Assembly (NCBI RefSeq): GCF_006345805.1
Contig: NC_043000.1
Location: 13,764,001-13,828,000 of the forward strand
DNA: 64,000 nucleotides
From: Octopus sinensis
Taxonomy: Eukaryota
Direction: 5' to 3'
Under the pieces are notes generated by a model. The model saw only the letters and a program-made list of their open reading frames with translations. It searched no databases and was not told the origin of the DNA. Positions 63,121 through 64,000 of the stretch are shown here, in pieces; the stretch's first letter is position 1, and the number at the start of each line of letters is the position of its first letter. A program made the position numbers and the translations under genes.

Positions 63121-64000
63121 TTTGGTCACTCATTATATATACGTACATACATACATACATGCGCACATGCACACACACACACACAAACACACAGAGTATG
63201 TTTTTATGAATGTTTACTTTCAGCAATTTGCTACAAATGAACTTTGTTGACAATTCTCTGACAAAATATATCTTTTAGCCCTTCAGCTTTGAAGATGTAA
63301 GGAATAAAAAAAAAAGTGGTTAGTGACTGGAAGCTGTAAAACAATGCCCCAGTAATATGTATTTGTGGAAAACCAAATAAAAATGTCAAATTTTAAAAAA
63401 TAACTTTTACAGATGATTACAAGTCATCAAAAATGTATATTTTTGGCATTTTGGTGAATGATTTTGATCTATTGAAGTTATTTGTATTCTATTATCAATC
63501 TGTCAGATTTGTTTTCCGTGGTATTGTTTGTATGATGGTTTTTCTTTTTATAACTTTGCATGAGTATTTTTCCAGCTGGACACCCTTCCTACTACTTAAT
63601 CTGAAGTGCAGGTGACACTTTAGTCAACTGAGCCAAAATGTGGCAAATGTTGCTTCACTCTTATAGCTACTATGCTCATTTTTTCACCAAAACTCGGTTA
63701 CATCAGCTGGGCATTTGATGTGTTCATTTGCTAATCTTCATCTTGTCACAAACAAAAGTCACCTCATTCATTTCGTGTTTTCATGATTCCAGTTAAGAGT
63801 ATTTATTGCTCCTACTTCACAAATGAATATTGTGTAATATTAGGAAGGCATCCAGTTTTAGAACTATTGAATCAATCATTGATGGAATTCTTTGATTTTG
63901 ACAAACCTTTTACTTTATAGATTGTACTGAAAAGTGGAAACATACTCGATCAGTTTGCTTTGATTGTCCCTGCATATTTGAAAACAACTCAAAAATTACT

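Overview
AT-rich eukaryotic genomic DNA, almost entirely repeats. I infer a coleoid cephalopod (Octopus-like) origin from repeat families I recognise; this is not verified. Long (TA)n/(TACA)n/(CA)n/(CAT)n microsatellites generate most of the ORF track, so those ORFs are artefacts. There is a 100-N gap at 54700-54799. Mobile elements: one large frameshifted RTE LINE (39041-42566, minus) plus many 5'-truncated copies of its 3' UTR; BovB-like RTE and CR1/L2-like remnants; Penelope-like element (PLE) GIY-YIG remnants and termini; a Ty3/Gypsy LTR+PBS+gag; Tc1/mariner remnants; non-autonomous Helitrons; MITEs; and three tRNA-derived SINE families. No intact host gene could be assembled. There are weak exon candidates and a CpG-rich promoter-like segment near 46.4-46.8 kb. 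The most interesting signal is a set of self-cleaving-ribozyme-like folds found by eye: seven hammerhead motifs (canonical cores and A6U, C3U, U4C variants) at PLE ends, and an HDV-like fold at the 5' end of a bipartite RTE derivative. There are also several long fold-back palindromes. None of these folds has been tested computationally or biochemically.
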